Source of the DNA: an uncultured delta proteobacterium | GTDB lineage: Bacteria; Myxococcota; Myxococcia; Myxococcales; 40CM-4-68-19 | Direction: 5' to 3' | Length of the DNA stretch: 64,000 bases | Assembly (NCBI GenBank): GCA_903911145.1 | Contig: CAIWCD010000003.1 | Location: forward strand, 64,642-128,641 | Part shown: positions 9,780 through 18,875 of the stretch, piece by piece | How the letters are laid out: each line of letters begins with the position of its first letter | Position numbering within the stretch: the stretch's first letter is position 1 | Made by a program: the position numbers and the translations under genes | The notes under the pieces: generated by a model | The model's database searches: none | What the model was told of the DNA's origin: nothing | Seen by the model: only the letters and a program-made list of their open reading frames with translations

Positions 9780-11578
9780 AGTCGCTCGTCGTCGCTCTCG
9801 GAATCGCCCTGCTCTTCGGCGCCGCCGAGGTGCACGCGGACACGTTCTCGCCGGGTCCGCTCAACAAGGGGCACGCCGCGCTCGACGGCCTCGACAACTG
9901 CGCCAAGTGCCACCCGACGGGAGGTCGCCTCTCTGCCGCGCTCTGCCTTGACTGCCACACCGAGCTCAAGGATCGCGTCGCGCACGGGCTCGGCTTCCAC
10001 GGGCGCATGGAGAAATCGGAGCAGCACTGCGAGAAGTGCCACCACGAGCACCAGGGCGAGGATTTTGAAATCATCGACTGGGGCAAGGAAGGGAAGAACA
10101 AGTTCGACCACGCGAAGACCGGCTGGCCGCTGAAGGGCAAGCACGTGACGACGACGTGCAAGGATTGCCACGAGCAGCGGCTGATCGTGGCGCCCGAGAT
10201 CAAGAAGATGCTCGCCGAGCACAAGGGGCGCGCGACCTTGCTGGGCGCGGCCGCGAACTGCGCGGGCTGCCACTTCGACGATCACCGCGGGCAGGAAGGC
10301 AACGACTGCAAGCGCTGCCACGACGAGAAAGCGTGGAAGCCGGCGACGGCGTTCGATCACAACAAGGCCTCGATGGCGAGCTATCCGCTCGAGGGCGCGC
10401 ACGCAAAGGTCGCCTGCGATCAGTGCCACCAGACCGAGACGGACAGCTCGCACAACGGCGCGTTTCCCAAGCCCGTCACCGAGGTGTTCGCGCGCTACAA
10501 GCCAGTCGTGCACAGCTCCTGCGAGTCGTGCCACGTCGATCCGCACGACGGACGGTTCGGCTCAAGCTGCGAGGATTGCCACTCGGTCAATTCGTGGAAG
10601 GAGCTGCACGCGGCCAAGCACACGGCGAGCAAGGATCTCGCGTTTCACGAGAAGACCCGCTACCCGCTGCGCGGCAAGCACGAGACGGTCAGCTGCGCGG
10701 CCTGCCACGGCGCGGGGCACGGAGCGCGCTTCCGCGGCGTGCCGTTCGCGCTCTGCACCGACTGCCACGCGGATGCGCACCAGGGGCAGATGGCGAAGGC
10801 GTCGGAGATGATTCCGAACTGCGAGCGCTGCCACTCGGTGAATGGATTTCTCCCGCCGAAGTTCGAGCTCGAGGAGCACAGCAAGACGCGCTACCCCTTG
10901 ATGGGCGCGCACCAGGCGACGCCGTGCCTCTCCTGCCATCTCCACGATGCCGCGCGCGCTGCCGTCGCTGCTCCTGCCGAGATGCGCATGCAGACGAGCC
11001 GGCGAGCGCTCGCGCCGAAACTCTCTCCCGCGGTCATCCTCGTGCGCGGCGATGTGCAGCGCTGCGAGACGTGCCACAACGACATCCACGGCGGACAGTT
11101 CGACGCCTCGCGCGGCGGCGGGGCCTGCACGCGCTGCCACGTCGTCGAGAGCTTCAACACCGTCCGCTTCGATCACGCCACCGCGCGCTTTCCTCTCGAG
11201 GGAAAGCATGCGCCCGCCGCGTGCGTGGCCTGCCACAAGGCCCCGTCTGCGAACGCGCCCGTGGCCTGGCGAGGCGTACCGACAGCCTGCGCGAGCTGCC
11301 ACGCCGACGCGCACGCGGGACAGTTCGGCGCGAACTCCGACTGCGCCACCTGCCACGACGCTTCCGCGTGGAAACCCGCGCGGCGCTTCATCCACGCGCC
11401 TCCCTTCACCAACTGGCTCCTCGACGGCAAGCACATCAACGTCGCGTGCAAGGAGTGCCACCCCGAGGTGAACGTCGGCGGCGGCCTGCGCGTCGCCCGC
11501 TACAAGCCTGTGCCGCACGAGTGCGAGAGCTGCCACGCCGATCAGCACGACGGCAGCATGTCGAGGTTCTCGCGATGA
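9776..11578 (+). CDS. periplasmic multiheme cytochrome c (20 CxxCH)
   Basis: Sec signal peptide (AEVHA/D), SPGPL start, 20 CxxCH, repeated FDH..T.yPL.G.H units; GTGA overlap with the upstream stop. Confidence 0.92.
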   Translation: MKSLVVALGIALLFGAAEVHADTFSPGPLNKGHAALDGLDNCAKCHPTGGRLSAALCLDCHTELKDRVAHGLGFHGRMEKSEQHCEKCHHEHQGEDFEIIDWGKEGKNKFDHAKTGWPLKGKHVTTTCKDCHEQRLIVAPEIKKMLAEHKGRATLLGAAANCAGCHFDDHRGQEGNDCKRCHDEKAWKPATAFDHNKASMASYPLEGAHAKVACDQCHQTETDSSHNGAFPKPVTEVFARYKPVVHSSCESCHVDPHDGRFGSSCEDCHSVNSWKELHAAKHTASKDLAFHEKTRYPLRGKHETVSCAACHGAGHGARFRGVPFALCTDCHADAHQGQMAKASEMIPNCERCHSVNGFLPPKFELEEHSKTRYPLMGAHQATPCLSCHLHDAARAAVAAPAEMRMQTSRRALAPKLSPAVILVRGDVQRCETCHNDIHGGQFDASRGGGACTRCHVVESFNTVRFDHATARFPLEGKHAPAACVACHKAPSANAPVAWRGVPTACASCHADAHAGQFGANSDCATCHDASAWKPARRFIHAPPFTNWLLDGKHINVACKECHPEVNVGGGLRVARYKPVPHECESCHADQHDGSMSRFSR

Positions 11579-12444
11579 GAGACATCCGCATCGCCGCGCT
11601 GCTGTTGACTCTCCTGCTCTCTGCCGCGGGGCCGCTCTTCGCCGCGCCGTCCGCCGCGCACCACGGCATGTCGACGCAGACCCACTGCGCCTCCTGCCAC
11701 GTGACGGAGAACTGGAAGACCGTCCGCTTCGATCATCTCGCGCAGACGAAAGTGGAGCTGCGGGGTGCGCACGCGCTCGCGACCTGCGCGGGCTGCCACG
11801 ACGCGGAGTTCAAGAAGGCGGTGCCCGAGAGCTGCAGCGCCTGCCACCAGGATGCGCACCGCGGAGAGTTCGGAGTGCGCTGCGCGGGCTGCCACGACGA
11901 GAACAACTGGGAGAGCCGCTTCACGGCCGACGCGCATCGCAACACGACGTTCCCTCTCAGCGGACGGCACGGAATGGTCGCGTGCACCGAGTGCCACGGA
12001 AACGTGCGCGACCGCAGCTTCTCCCGCACGGGCATTGCGTGCGTCAGCTGCCACCAGCGCGACTACGCGGCGACGACCGGCAGCTACGTCGATCACGGCG
12101 TCTACAACTTCAGCAGCGCCTGCTACGACTGCCACACGGGCTCGCGCTGGACCGGCGCGCGCTTCCGCGAACACGAGGCCTGCTTCCAGCTCGCAGCAGG
12201 CCCGCACTCGGGCGTCGCCTGCCTCGACTGCCACAGCTCACTCACGGGCGCGCGACCAAGCGGGACCTGCTCCACCAACACCGAGGCCTGCACGCACTGC
12301 CACGCGCACGCGCAGCCGAAGACCGATCAGCAGCACGCGAACGTGCCCGGATATGAGTACTCCGACCTGAAGTGCTACTCGTGCCACAAGCAGGTCGCGC
12401 CCGGCAGTACGCCCGCGGCCCGGCATCCGAGGCGGACGCCGTGA
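11575..12444 (+). CDS. decaheme cytochrome c (10 CxxCH)
   Basis: True start is the ATGA overlap at 11575 (MRDIRIAALLLTLLLSAAGPLFAA signal peptide); 10 CxxCH. Confidence 0.9.
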   Translation: MRDIRIAALLLTLLLSAAGPLFAAPSAAHHGMSTQTHCASCHVTENWKTVRFDHLAQTKVELRGAHALATCAGCHDAEFKKAVPESCSACHQDAHRGEFGVRCAGCHDENNWESRFTADAHRNTTFPLSGRHGMVACTECHGNVRDRSFSRTGIACVSCHQRDYAATTGSYVDHGVYNFSSACYDCHTGSRWTGARFREHEACFQLAAGPHSGVACLDCHSSLTGARPSGTCSTNTEACTHCHAHAQPKTDQQHANVPGYEYSDLKCYSCHKQVAPGSTPAARHPRRTP

Positions 12445-14330
12445 CTCTGCGCTCCACTGCTCGCGCAAGCGTGATCGTTCGCGCGGCTGCGCTGCTTCTG
12501 GCGTGTGCGGCTGTGCTCGCGTTCGCGACGCCAGTGCGCGCTGCCACCGCTGGCGACCCGGCAGCACGCAAGAAGGCGCGGACCGGCAAGAGCACGAGCA
12601 GCACGAAGAACACAAAGAGTACGAAGAGCACAAAGGGCACAGCGAAGACGATGCGCGGCGCGGTGCAGGAGGCGCCGAAGCGTCGGGCCGAGCCAACCGA
12701 GTCGGTGCCCGTTCGCGCGCAGCAGTCGACAGCGCCGATGCAGGCTGCGCGCCCGGGCGCGGTGCGGACGCAAGGCCAAGTCGTGCAGGTCTCCACGTCA
12801 CGCGTCTTCGTGAACGCTGGCGCACGCGAGGGGCTGCGCGTCGGACTCTCCGTCGAGCTTCATCGCGGCACGAGCCTCGTCGGAAAGTGCGCGATCGATC
12901 GGGTCGCCGATCACTCGGCCTCCTGCCACGGAGCTGCGGCCCGCGCTGGTGACCGCTTTGCGCTCGGTCCGCCGCCGCCGGGTCCGAAAGTGAATGAGCT
13001 CGCGCAGCCCGTCGGAGACGCCGAGTTGACGCGGCGACGGCGCGCGATGGAAGCGGCGCCGATGACTGGAGTCGACTTCACCGGGAGCAGTGCGATCGCA
13101 CGCTCCTCGGCACCGCGCATGTTCTTCCGCGCCGCTCAGCTCGTCTGGGCATCCACCGACGCCTCTGCCTGGGTCGGCCAGCGGCTCGACGTGCGTGTGA
13201 TCGGCGCGCAGCTCACCGACGGCAAGGGCTTCCTTCCCGCAACGACACTCTCGCTCGACATCACACTGCTGCACCTCTCAAGGCCCGACGTCGCCACCTA
13301 CCGCCCGGGCGCCGATGTGCAGCTCTTCGTCTGGGAGGCCGCGCTCGCCTCGCGCTCGCGCGAGGGCAACACGTTTGCCGTCGGGCGACTGCTGCCCTGG
13401 TATGCGCCCGGCGCCACGCGCCTCGACGGAGCGCAACTCGGCCGACGCTTCACTCCCGGATTCGAGCTCGGCATCTTCGGCGGCGGCGTCCCCGATTCGG
13501 GAACGCTCGAGCCAACCTTCTCGCGCGCGACGGCCGGCGCCTACTGGGCCCTCGACCACAACGGCGCGCACTCCGATCTCTTCCCGTACGCGAACACCAC
13601 CGGCCGCCTCGCCTGGGTGCAGTCGCCCGAAGCGGGCACGCGCATCGAGCTCGAGTCGAGTTCGATCGTGCAGCTGCGCCGCCTCGGTGATGTCGCTGCG
13701 AGCTTCCGCTTTGCGCTGGGAGATACGACGGCGCCAGGCGCGCTCGATGCGGCACGACTTTCGTTCGCGCTGCGTCCGACCGACCGGCTCTCGTTCAACG
13801 GTGCGTTCCGCTACAGCGGCGCGACGCTCCTCGAGGACACCGCGCTCCAGGTGGCCAGCGGCCCGTCACTCCACCTCGATCTCGCAGGCTCATGGGAAGT
13901 GCGCCGCACGCTGCTGCTCGGACTCGAGGTCGGCGTCGCGCAGGACGACACCGCCAACGCCTCATTCGGACGCAGCTGGTTTGGCCCGACGATCGCGATG
14001 CCGCATTTCTTCGGAGACAACGGCGGCCTCTCCGTCGGTCTCCATGTCGAGGAGGGCGACCTTCCCGGCTACAGCAGCTGGATCGGCACAACACTCTTTC
14101 CCGGCAAGCGCATCCAGTTGCTCGTGCGCGCGACTCTGCAGATCGACTCACGCACCGAGGGGCGCGACGTGACGGCGGGCATCTACTCCAGCATCCACGC
14201 GCAGCTCTTCAACCACCTCGCGCTGCAGTGCGCAGTGCAAGCGCGGATGCAGCCCGTCGCACTCGGAAACATCCCGCCGGAACTGATGGGCGGCCTGTTC
14301 GTCGACCTCGGAGCGCGCGGAGAGTTCTGA
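12441..14330 (+). CDS. outer-membrane beta-barrel protein (putative cytochrome-conduit porin) with an N-terminal soluble domain
   Basis: GTGA overlap; signal peptide; Lys/Thr-rich linker; GQVVQVSTSRVFVNAGAREGL domain; alternating amphipathic strands; terminal Phe (FVDLGARGEF). Confidence 0.7.
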   Translation: MTLRSTARASVIVRAAALLLACAAVLAFATPVRAATAGDPAARKKARTGKSTSSTKNTKSTKSTKGTAKTMRGAVQEAPKRRAEPTESVPVRAQQSTAPMQAARPGAVRTQGQVVQVSTSRVFVNAGAREGLRVGLSVELHRGTSLVGKCAIDRVADHSASCHGAAARAGDRFALGPPPPGPKVNELAQPVGDAELTRRRRAMEAAPMTGVDFTGSSAIARSSAPRMFFRAAQLVWASTDASAWVGQRLDVRVIGAQLTDGKGFLPATTLSLDITLLHLSRPDVATYRPGADVQLFVWEAALASRSREGNTFAVGRLLPWYAPGATRLDGAQLGRRFTPGFELGIFGGGVPDSGTLEPTFSRATAGAYWALDHNGAHSDLFPYANTTGRLAWVQSPEAGTRIELESSSIVQLRRLGDVAASFRFALGDTTAPGALDAARLSFALRPTDRLSFNGAFRYSGATLLEDTALQVASGPSLHLDLAGSWEVRRTLLLGLEVGVAQDDTANASFGRSWFGPTIAMPHFFGDNGGLSVGLHVEEGDLPGYSSWIGTTLFPGKRIQLLVRATLQIDSRTEGRDVTAGIYSSIHAQLFNHLALQCAVQARMQPVALGNIPPELMGGLFVDLGARGEF

Positions 14331-14444
14331 ACGCGGCACGAAGAGGAGGTCGTCTGAGATCTCAGAGATGATGTCTGAGTAGTCAGGTCTGAGATTCTGG
14401 AGCCGGGTCGTCGCCCTCTCTCCCGATCTCAGGATTTCGTCCCA

Positions 14445-15254
14445 TCATCCGTCCCGCGACAGCAGATAGCCGCGGCCGCGGATGGTCTTGACGTATCGAG
14501 GGTGGCGCGGATCGCGTTCGATCTTGGCGCGCAGCCGGCTGACATGAATGTCGATCGCCCGGTCGAACGACTCTTCGGCGCCGCCCGGTCCCTTGATCAG
14601 CTCGAGCAACTGCTCGCGCGATGCCGGCCGGCCCGCCAGCTCCGCAAGCGCGAGGAGAAGTTCGAACTCGCACGGAGTGAGCCGAACCGGACGGCCCTCG
14701 AGTGCGACGGTCCGCGCCGCGAGATCGATCGAAAGTCCACAGATCGCAAAGCTCTGAGGTCTGGATGGCTCCCTACCCCGCGATCTGCGGACCACCGCGT
14801 GCATCCGCGCCAGCAACACGCCTGGACTGACCGGCCTCGTTACGCAGTCATCGGCACCACATTCAAGCCAATCGATCATCTCCTCGTCGCGACCCGCATC
14901 GACCACCATGATCATCGGCGTGCGCCGTGCCACGAGGACTTCGCGCAGAAGGGTCCAGTCGCGGAGCGGGGCGCTTGCGGAATCGATCAGGAGAAGATCG
15001 AACCGCTGCGCGCGGATCGCGAACCTGGCCTCGTCCACGTCCGCCGCGACCACGAGACGAGCCCGCGGCGCGTCGGGTGAGCCGATCAAGCTCGCGCGGA
15101 GATTGCCTCCGTTCTCGATGAGCAAGGCGCGAATGAGCGACCTCGTCTGCCCAGGCTCGGTGCGAGGTTGACGCTCGTGCGTCGAGGTCCTGGTCGTGAG
15201 CTCTTCGCGGGCCACCGACAGCGGCTCCTCGGGCGCAGGAAGCATCAGCATCAT
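14445..15254 (-). CDS. OmpR-family response regulator with an atypical receiver domain
   Basis: GADDCVTRP..LLARMHAVVRR, plus winged helix LTPCEFELL...DRAIDIHVSRLRAKIERDPRHPRYVKTIRGRGY. Confidence 0.88.
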   Translation of the reverse strand: MMLMLPAPEEPLSVAREELTTRTSTHERQPRTEPGQTRSLIRALLIENGGNLRASLIGSPDAPRARLVVAADVDEARFAIRAQRFDLLLIDSASAPLRDWTLLREVLVARRTPMIMVVDAGRDEEMIDWLECGADDCVTRPVSPGVLLARMHAVVRRSRGREPSRPQSFAICGLSIDLAARTVALEGRPVRLTPCEFELLLALAELAGRPASREQLLELIKGPGGAEESFDRAIDIHVSRLRAKIERDPRHPRYVKTIRGRGYLLSRDG

Positions 15255-15700
15255 TCCCTCGCCACGAGCACGATTTCGATCCTCCGATTCGCCGCGCGGG
15301 TGTCTGGAGTGTCATTGGAAGACACTGGCCGGAATTCCCCGTAACCGGTTGCGATCAACCGCTTCGGATCCGTGCTCGTGTTCTCCTGGAGGTATCGGGC
15401 TACAGCGGTTGCACGGGCAGTTGAGAGCTCCCAGTTCGTCGCGAATTTCTGCGCCAGCTCGCTGTTCGCTTTCTGGATCGACGCGATCTGCGCCGCGTCC
15501 GCCTTGAGCTGCCGGGTGAGATCCTGCTCGGTGGTCTTCTCGGCCTCGAGCGCCTTCTTCGCCGCGTTCAGCTCGGTCTGCTGCTTCGCGATCTCTTTCT
15601 GTGCGTCGTCAGCGCGGGTCTTCTCTTTCTGGAAGGTCCCGGTGGTGACACAGCCAACCATGCAGAGCGAGACGACAGCCATCTGCAAAACACGAATCAC
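15251..15700 (-). CDS. MotB/OmpA-like coiled-coil lipoprotein with only the C-terminal half of the OmpA-like domain (internal deletion; possible pseudogene)
   Basis: Lipobox MVGC and coiled coil, then directly NWELSTARATAVARYL..GYGEFRP..NRRIEI; the LF..G..../GHTD half is absent. Confidence 0.7.
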   Translation of the reverse strand: MIRVLQMAVVSLCMVGCVTTGTFQKEKTRADDAQKEIAKQQTELNAAKKALEAEKTTEQDLTRQLKADAAQIASIQKANSELAQKFATNWELSTARATAVARYLQENTSTDPKRLIATGYGEFRPVSSNDTPDTRAANRRIEIVLVARE

Positions 15701-15894
15701 GATGTGCTCCAGCGTTGAAAAGAACCGGGCCGCGCGGCCGGCAATCAGTCCTTGCAGGTCCAACGATCAACACCACCGTAGCCGCTTGCCACATTCGAAT
15801 CAAGATCATTGGAGGTCCAAGCATCTGGTTGCGCGCCCAGCACGCGTGTGCTAGATCAGCGCAGAGCTGTTCCCCTGAATCGACGGAGGATGCC

Positions 15895-16374
15895 GTGATT
15901 CGCATGGTCATCAGTCTGCTGTTGGTTGTGCTGGCCGCCTGCTCGCAAGCGCAGAAAGTTCCTGAGCCCCCACCGCAGGTCGCCGCAGCCCCGCCGCCCG
16001 TCGCGACGCCACCGAAAGCCGCCCCGGCTTCGACGCCAGCTCCGGTCGCCGAGGTGCCCCCGGCGGCAGCGACTCCGACGCTTCCGGAGAGCCTCTATTT
16101 CCTCTACGACAGCTCGACGATCTCCTCCGCGGACACCGAGCCGCTCTCTCAACTCGGGCGGTTTCTCGCCAACCATCCCGCGACAAAGCTGCGGATCGAG
16201 GGGAACTGCGATGAGGAGAACCACAGCTGGACCTATGAGTACCGGATCCTCAACCCGCACCAGGTTGGATCTCTGGTTCTTCATTTCGCACCAGAAGGGA
16301 CCCTGACGGACTACACACTCAACACTCCGTTTGAGGACGAGACAAAGCCGCTCGACTCTGCCCTTGCTCAATAG
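15895..16374 (+). CDS. chimeric lipoprotein: N-terminal half of a Pal/OmpA domain fused to a SmpA/BamE-like tail
   Basis: GGAGG RBS; lipobox LAAC; Pro-rich linker; LYFLYDSSTI..KLRIEGNCDE, then an abrupt switch to WTYEY..LVLHF..GTLTDY. Confidence 0.65.
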   Translation: MIRMVISLLLVVLAACSQAQKVPEPPPQVAAAPPPVATPPKAAPASTPAPVAEVPPAAATPTLPESLYFLYDSSTISSADTEPLSQLGRFLANHPATKLRIEGNCDEENHSWTYEYRILNPHQVGSLVLHFAPEGTLTDYTLNTPFEDETKPLDSALAQ

Positions 16375-17761
16375 TCCAGAACATCGACCCGGCTCTCCGG
16401 TCCCGACGACGGGCAGCCCAGCATGGCACCAGCACGCCTCGCTCCAGCCGCTGCAACGCAAGACCCTCCGCTCCCTGTCGATCTGGATCGCAGCCAGCAT
16501 CGCTGCAAGCGTCGCAGTTCTCTACGCACGGCTGATCGGCTGGGCGCAGACATTCCAGTCTCAAGCCTTCCATGCGCATCCGATTCTGGTTTCGATCGCG
16601 ACGCCCGTGCTCTTTCTCCTCGCGACAGCTACAGTCCGGTTTCTCGCGCCTGAGGCCAGGGGAAGTGGAATCCCCCAGGTCCTTGAGGTGATCGAGATCT
16701 CTCAGAGCGGAAACACCGGAATCAACATCTGGGTACATCGACTCGTCTCTCTCAAAGTCGCGCTGGTCAAGGTGCTCTCGTCGACGATTGGAATCTTCGG
16801 CGGCGCATCGATCGGACGGGAAGGCCCGACCGTGCAGATCGCGGCGTCGGTCTTCTCCGCGATCGGAAACCGCGTAAGGAAGTTCTATCGCGAGGCGGAG
16901 TTCCCCTCATTCGCCACTGCGGGTGCGGCAGCGGGCGTCGCGGCTGCGTTCAACACGCCCTTCGCCGGGATCACGTTCGCGCTCGAAGAGTTGGCCGAAG
17001 ACAGCTTCAGTTCGCTCAAAGGCGTCGTCGTGCTCGGCGTCGTACTCGCGGGGATTGCCGCGCAGTTGCTCGCGGGAAACTATCTCTACTTCGGTCATCC
17101 AACCATTCCACCGTTCAGTCTCGTGACGCTCGCGCTCGAGTCGATTCCAATCGGCCTTACCGCCGGACTCCTCGGCGGAATCTTCGCGCGCATCCTCGCC
17201 CGGCCGATCCTTCCCATGCCGAAATCGTGGTGGATGAAGTCGCTGCTCTGCGGCGCGCTCTGCGCAGGTCTTGGAATGCTCACCCACGGTGACACCGCAG
17301 GGTCCGGCTACGAGGTCACCCGTCTATCGCTGGAGTCAGGCACCGCGCCGCCGCTCTACTTCCCGCTGCTCAAGCTGGTCTCCACCGCGCTCTCCTATCT
17401 CTCCGGAATGGCCGGTGGGATCTTCTCGCCTTGTCTCTCCATCGGCGCCGGAATTGGATTCTCGTTTGCCACCGTCTTCCACATCGCGAGCATCCGCGCC
17501 TGCGGCCTGGTTGGCATGGTCGCGTTCTTCTCGGGAGTCGTGCAGGCCCCGCTGACGGCGGTCGTGATCGTGATGGAGATGACCGATCAACACAACCTGA
17601 TCCTTCCCTTCATCGTCGCGGCGCTTGTCGCGAAGAGTGTCGGAAAGCTCTTCATGCCGACACCGCTCTATCGCTTTCTCGCCAAGCAGAGCCAGGCGGC
17701 GAGTCGTGGCACAATCAGCTCGGATTTTTCCACCGAAGGCCACGCGATGGATTTGCGATGA
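16331..17761 (+). CDS. ClC-family chloride channel / H+/Cl- antiporter (start uncertain)
   Basis: GSGIPQV, GREGPTVQI, AAFNTP, GGIFSP, QAPLTA..EMT. Confidence 0.93.
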   Translation: MRTRQSRSTLPLLNSPEHRPGSPVPTTGSPAWHQHASLQPLQRKTLRSLSIWIAASIAASVAVLYARLIGWAQTFQSQAFHAHPILVSIATPVLFLLATATVRFLAPEARGSGIPQVLEVIEISQSGNTGINIWVHRLVSLKVALVKVLSSTIGIFGGASIGREGPTVQIAASVFSAIGNRVRKFYREAEFPSFATAGAAAGVAAAFNTPFAGITFALEELAEDSFSSLKGVVVLGVVLAGIAAQLLAGNYLYFGHPTIPPFSLVTLALESIPIGLTAGLLGGIFARILARPILPMPKSWWMKSLLCGALCAGLGMLTHGDTAGSGYEVTRLSLESGTAPPLYFPLLKLVSTALSYLSGMAGGIFSPCLSIGAGIGFSFATVFHIASIRACGLVGMVAFFSGVVQAPLTAVVIVMEMTDQHNLILPFIVAALVAKSVGKLFMPTPLYRFLAKQSQAASRGTISSDFSTEGHAMDLR

Positions 17762-18276
17762 AGCGAACGACGAGTCCGAGATCCACACTGCCTGCAGCGA
17801 CGCCGACGTCTCGGAGAAGCAGCGCGCCCGCGTCGCAATCCGACGCGACTGCGACGCCGACGCTCGAGCTGCTGCGCCTTCTGTGGCGCGTCCACCACGG
17901 TCTTCAGAGCGCTTCGAAGCGGATGGAGCGCGAACTTGGTGTGACGGGCCCGCAGCGGCTGGTCGTGCGCCTCCTCGACGAATCGCCGGGCACGACCGCG
18001 GGCGCGCTGGCGCAGGCGCTGCATCTCGACCCCGGCACGATGACCGGCATCATCCAGCGGCTGCAGCGCGATCGACTCGTGCGGCGCGCGGCGGATCCGC
18101 ACGACGAGCGCCGCTTCCTGCTTGCGCTGACTCCGCGGGGACGACAGCTCGCGACGAGGCGCGATGGAACGATCGAGGGTCTCGTCAGCGAGGCGGCCGG
18201 GAAAATGAGTGCTGCCGATCTGCGCGCGGCCGAGCGCGTGCTCGAGTCGTTGGCCAGCGCGCTGCTCGGTGAGTGA
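17758..18276 (+). CDS. MarR family transcriptional regulator
   Basis: ATGA overlap; GVTGPQRLV, LDPGTMTGIIQRL, DPHDERR..LTPRG. Confidence 0.88.
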   Translation: MKRTTSPRSTLPAATPTSRRSSAPASQSDATATPTLELLRLLWRVHHGLQSASKRMERELGVTGPQRLVVRLLDESPGTTAGALAQALHLDPGTMTGIIQRLQRDRLVRRAADPHDERRFLLALTPRGRQLATRRDGTIEGLVSEAAGKMSAADLRAAERVLESLASALLGE

Positions 18277-18344
18277 CGCCCGCGCTTTGAGTCTCGAGAA
18301 GCGCACGCGCGTCCTGGATGTGGGCGCCTTCGCGAACTGCCGCG

Positions 18345-18695
18345 TCAGCCCCCATCCCGCGAACGCATCTTCTTGAGCACGGCCACGGCGGTCTGGCAGT
18401 AGAGCGACGTCTCCATGTCTGAACCGGCCGCGAGCGCGCAAGAGTCATAGGCTTTGGCCGCACCCGCGTTGTCGCCACCCCTCGCGAGTTCGTCCCCGCG
18501 CGCACGCCACTCGACTGCATTCGCAGGCGGCCGGACTTGCCCGGGAGCCGTGGGCGCAGGTTGCGCGATCACCGGATTGGCCGCGACTGGAGCGGTCGGG
18601 AGGCTCGCAGGAGCAGCGGGCACAGCAGGCGGCGGCGCGGAAGCACTGCACGCCACCGCGAAACCGGCGCAGAGAGAAATCAGCGTTCGCCTCAT
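18345..18695 (-). CDS. hypothetical lipoprotein (Pro-rich, short helical C-terminus)
   Basis: Lipobox AVAC; AGAGGTTG upstream. Confidence 0.6.
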   Translation of the reverse strand: MRRTLISLCAGFAVACSASAPPPAVPAAPASLPTAPVAANPVIAQPAPTAPGQVRPPANAVEWRARGDELARGGDNAGAAKAYDSCALAAGSDMETSLYCQTAVAVLKKMRSRDGG

Positions 18696-18875
18696 CGCAA
18701 CCTCTCCTCAGTCCAACTCATCCGCGAGTCGCCATCGTCGCTTGAAGAATGGGCCGCTGTCGATCGCGAGAACGTCACCTGTCGCTCGCAGCGCGTTGCG
18801 GCCAGACGGTGCGCGCACTCGCTGCATGCCGCTGCTTCCGCTCCCGCTCCTCCTTTTGCAGTACTCTGCCGCCGC

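Noticed and set aside
10156..11574. Apparent 762-aa ORF from 10156
   Set aside because: The first 473 aa are an off-frame overlap of the 20-heme gene; the real gene starts at 11575 with a signal peptide.
12570..12650. Short 9-nt tandem repeats (AGCACGAAG-like)
   Set aside because: They encode a low-complexity STK linker; not a CRISPR or regulatory array.
3023..14397. 14-bp direct repeat CAGGTCTGAGATTC at 3023 and 14384 bracketing ppk2 and the cytochrome operon (possible att sites)
   Set aside because: A few 14-mer matches are expected by chance in 64 kb, and there is no integrase or tRNA nearby.
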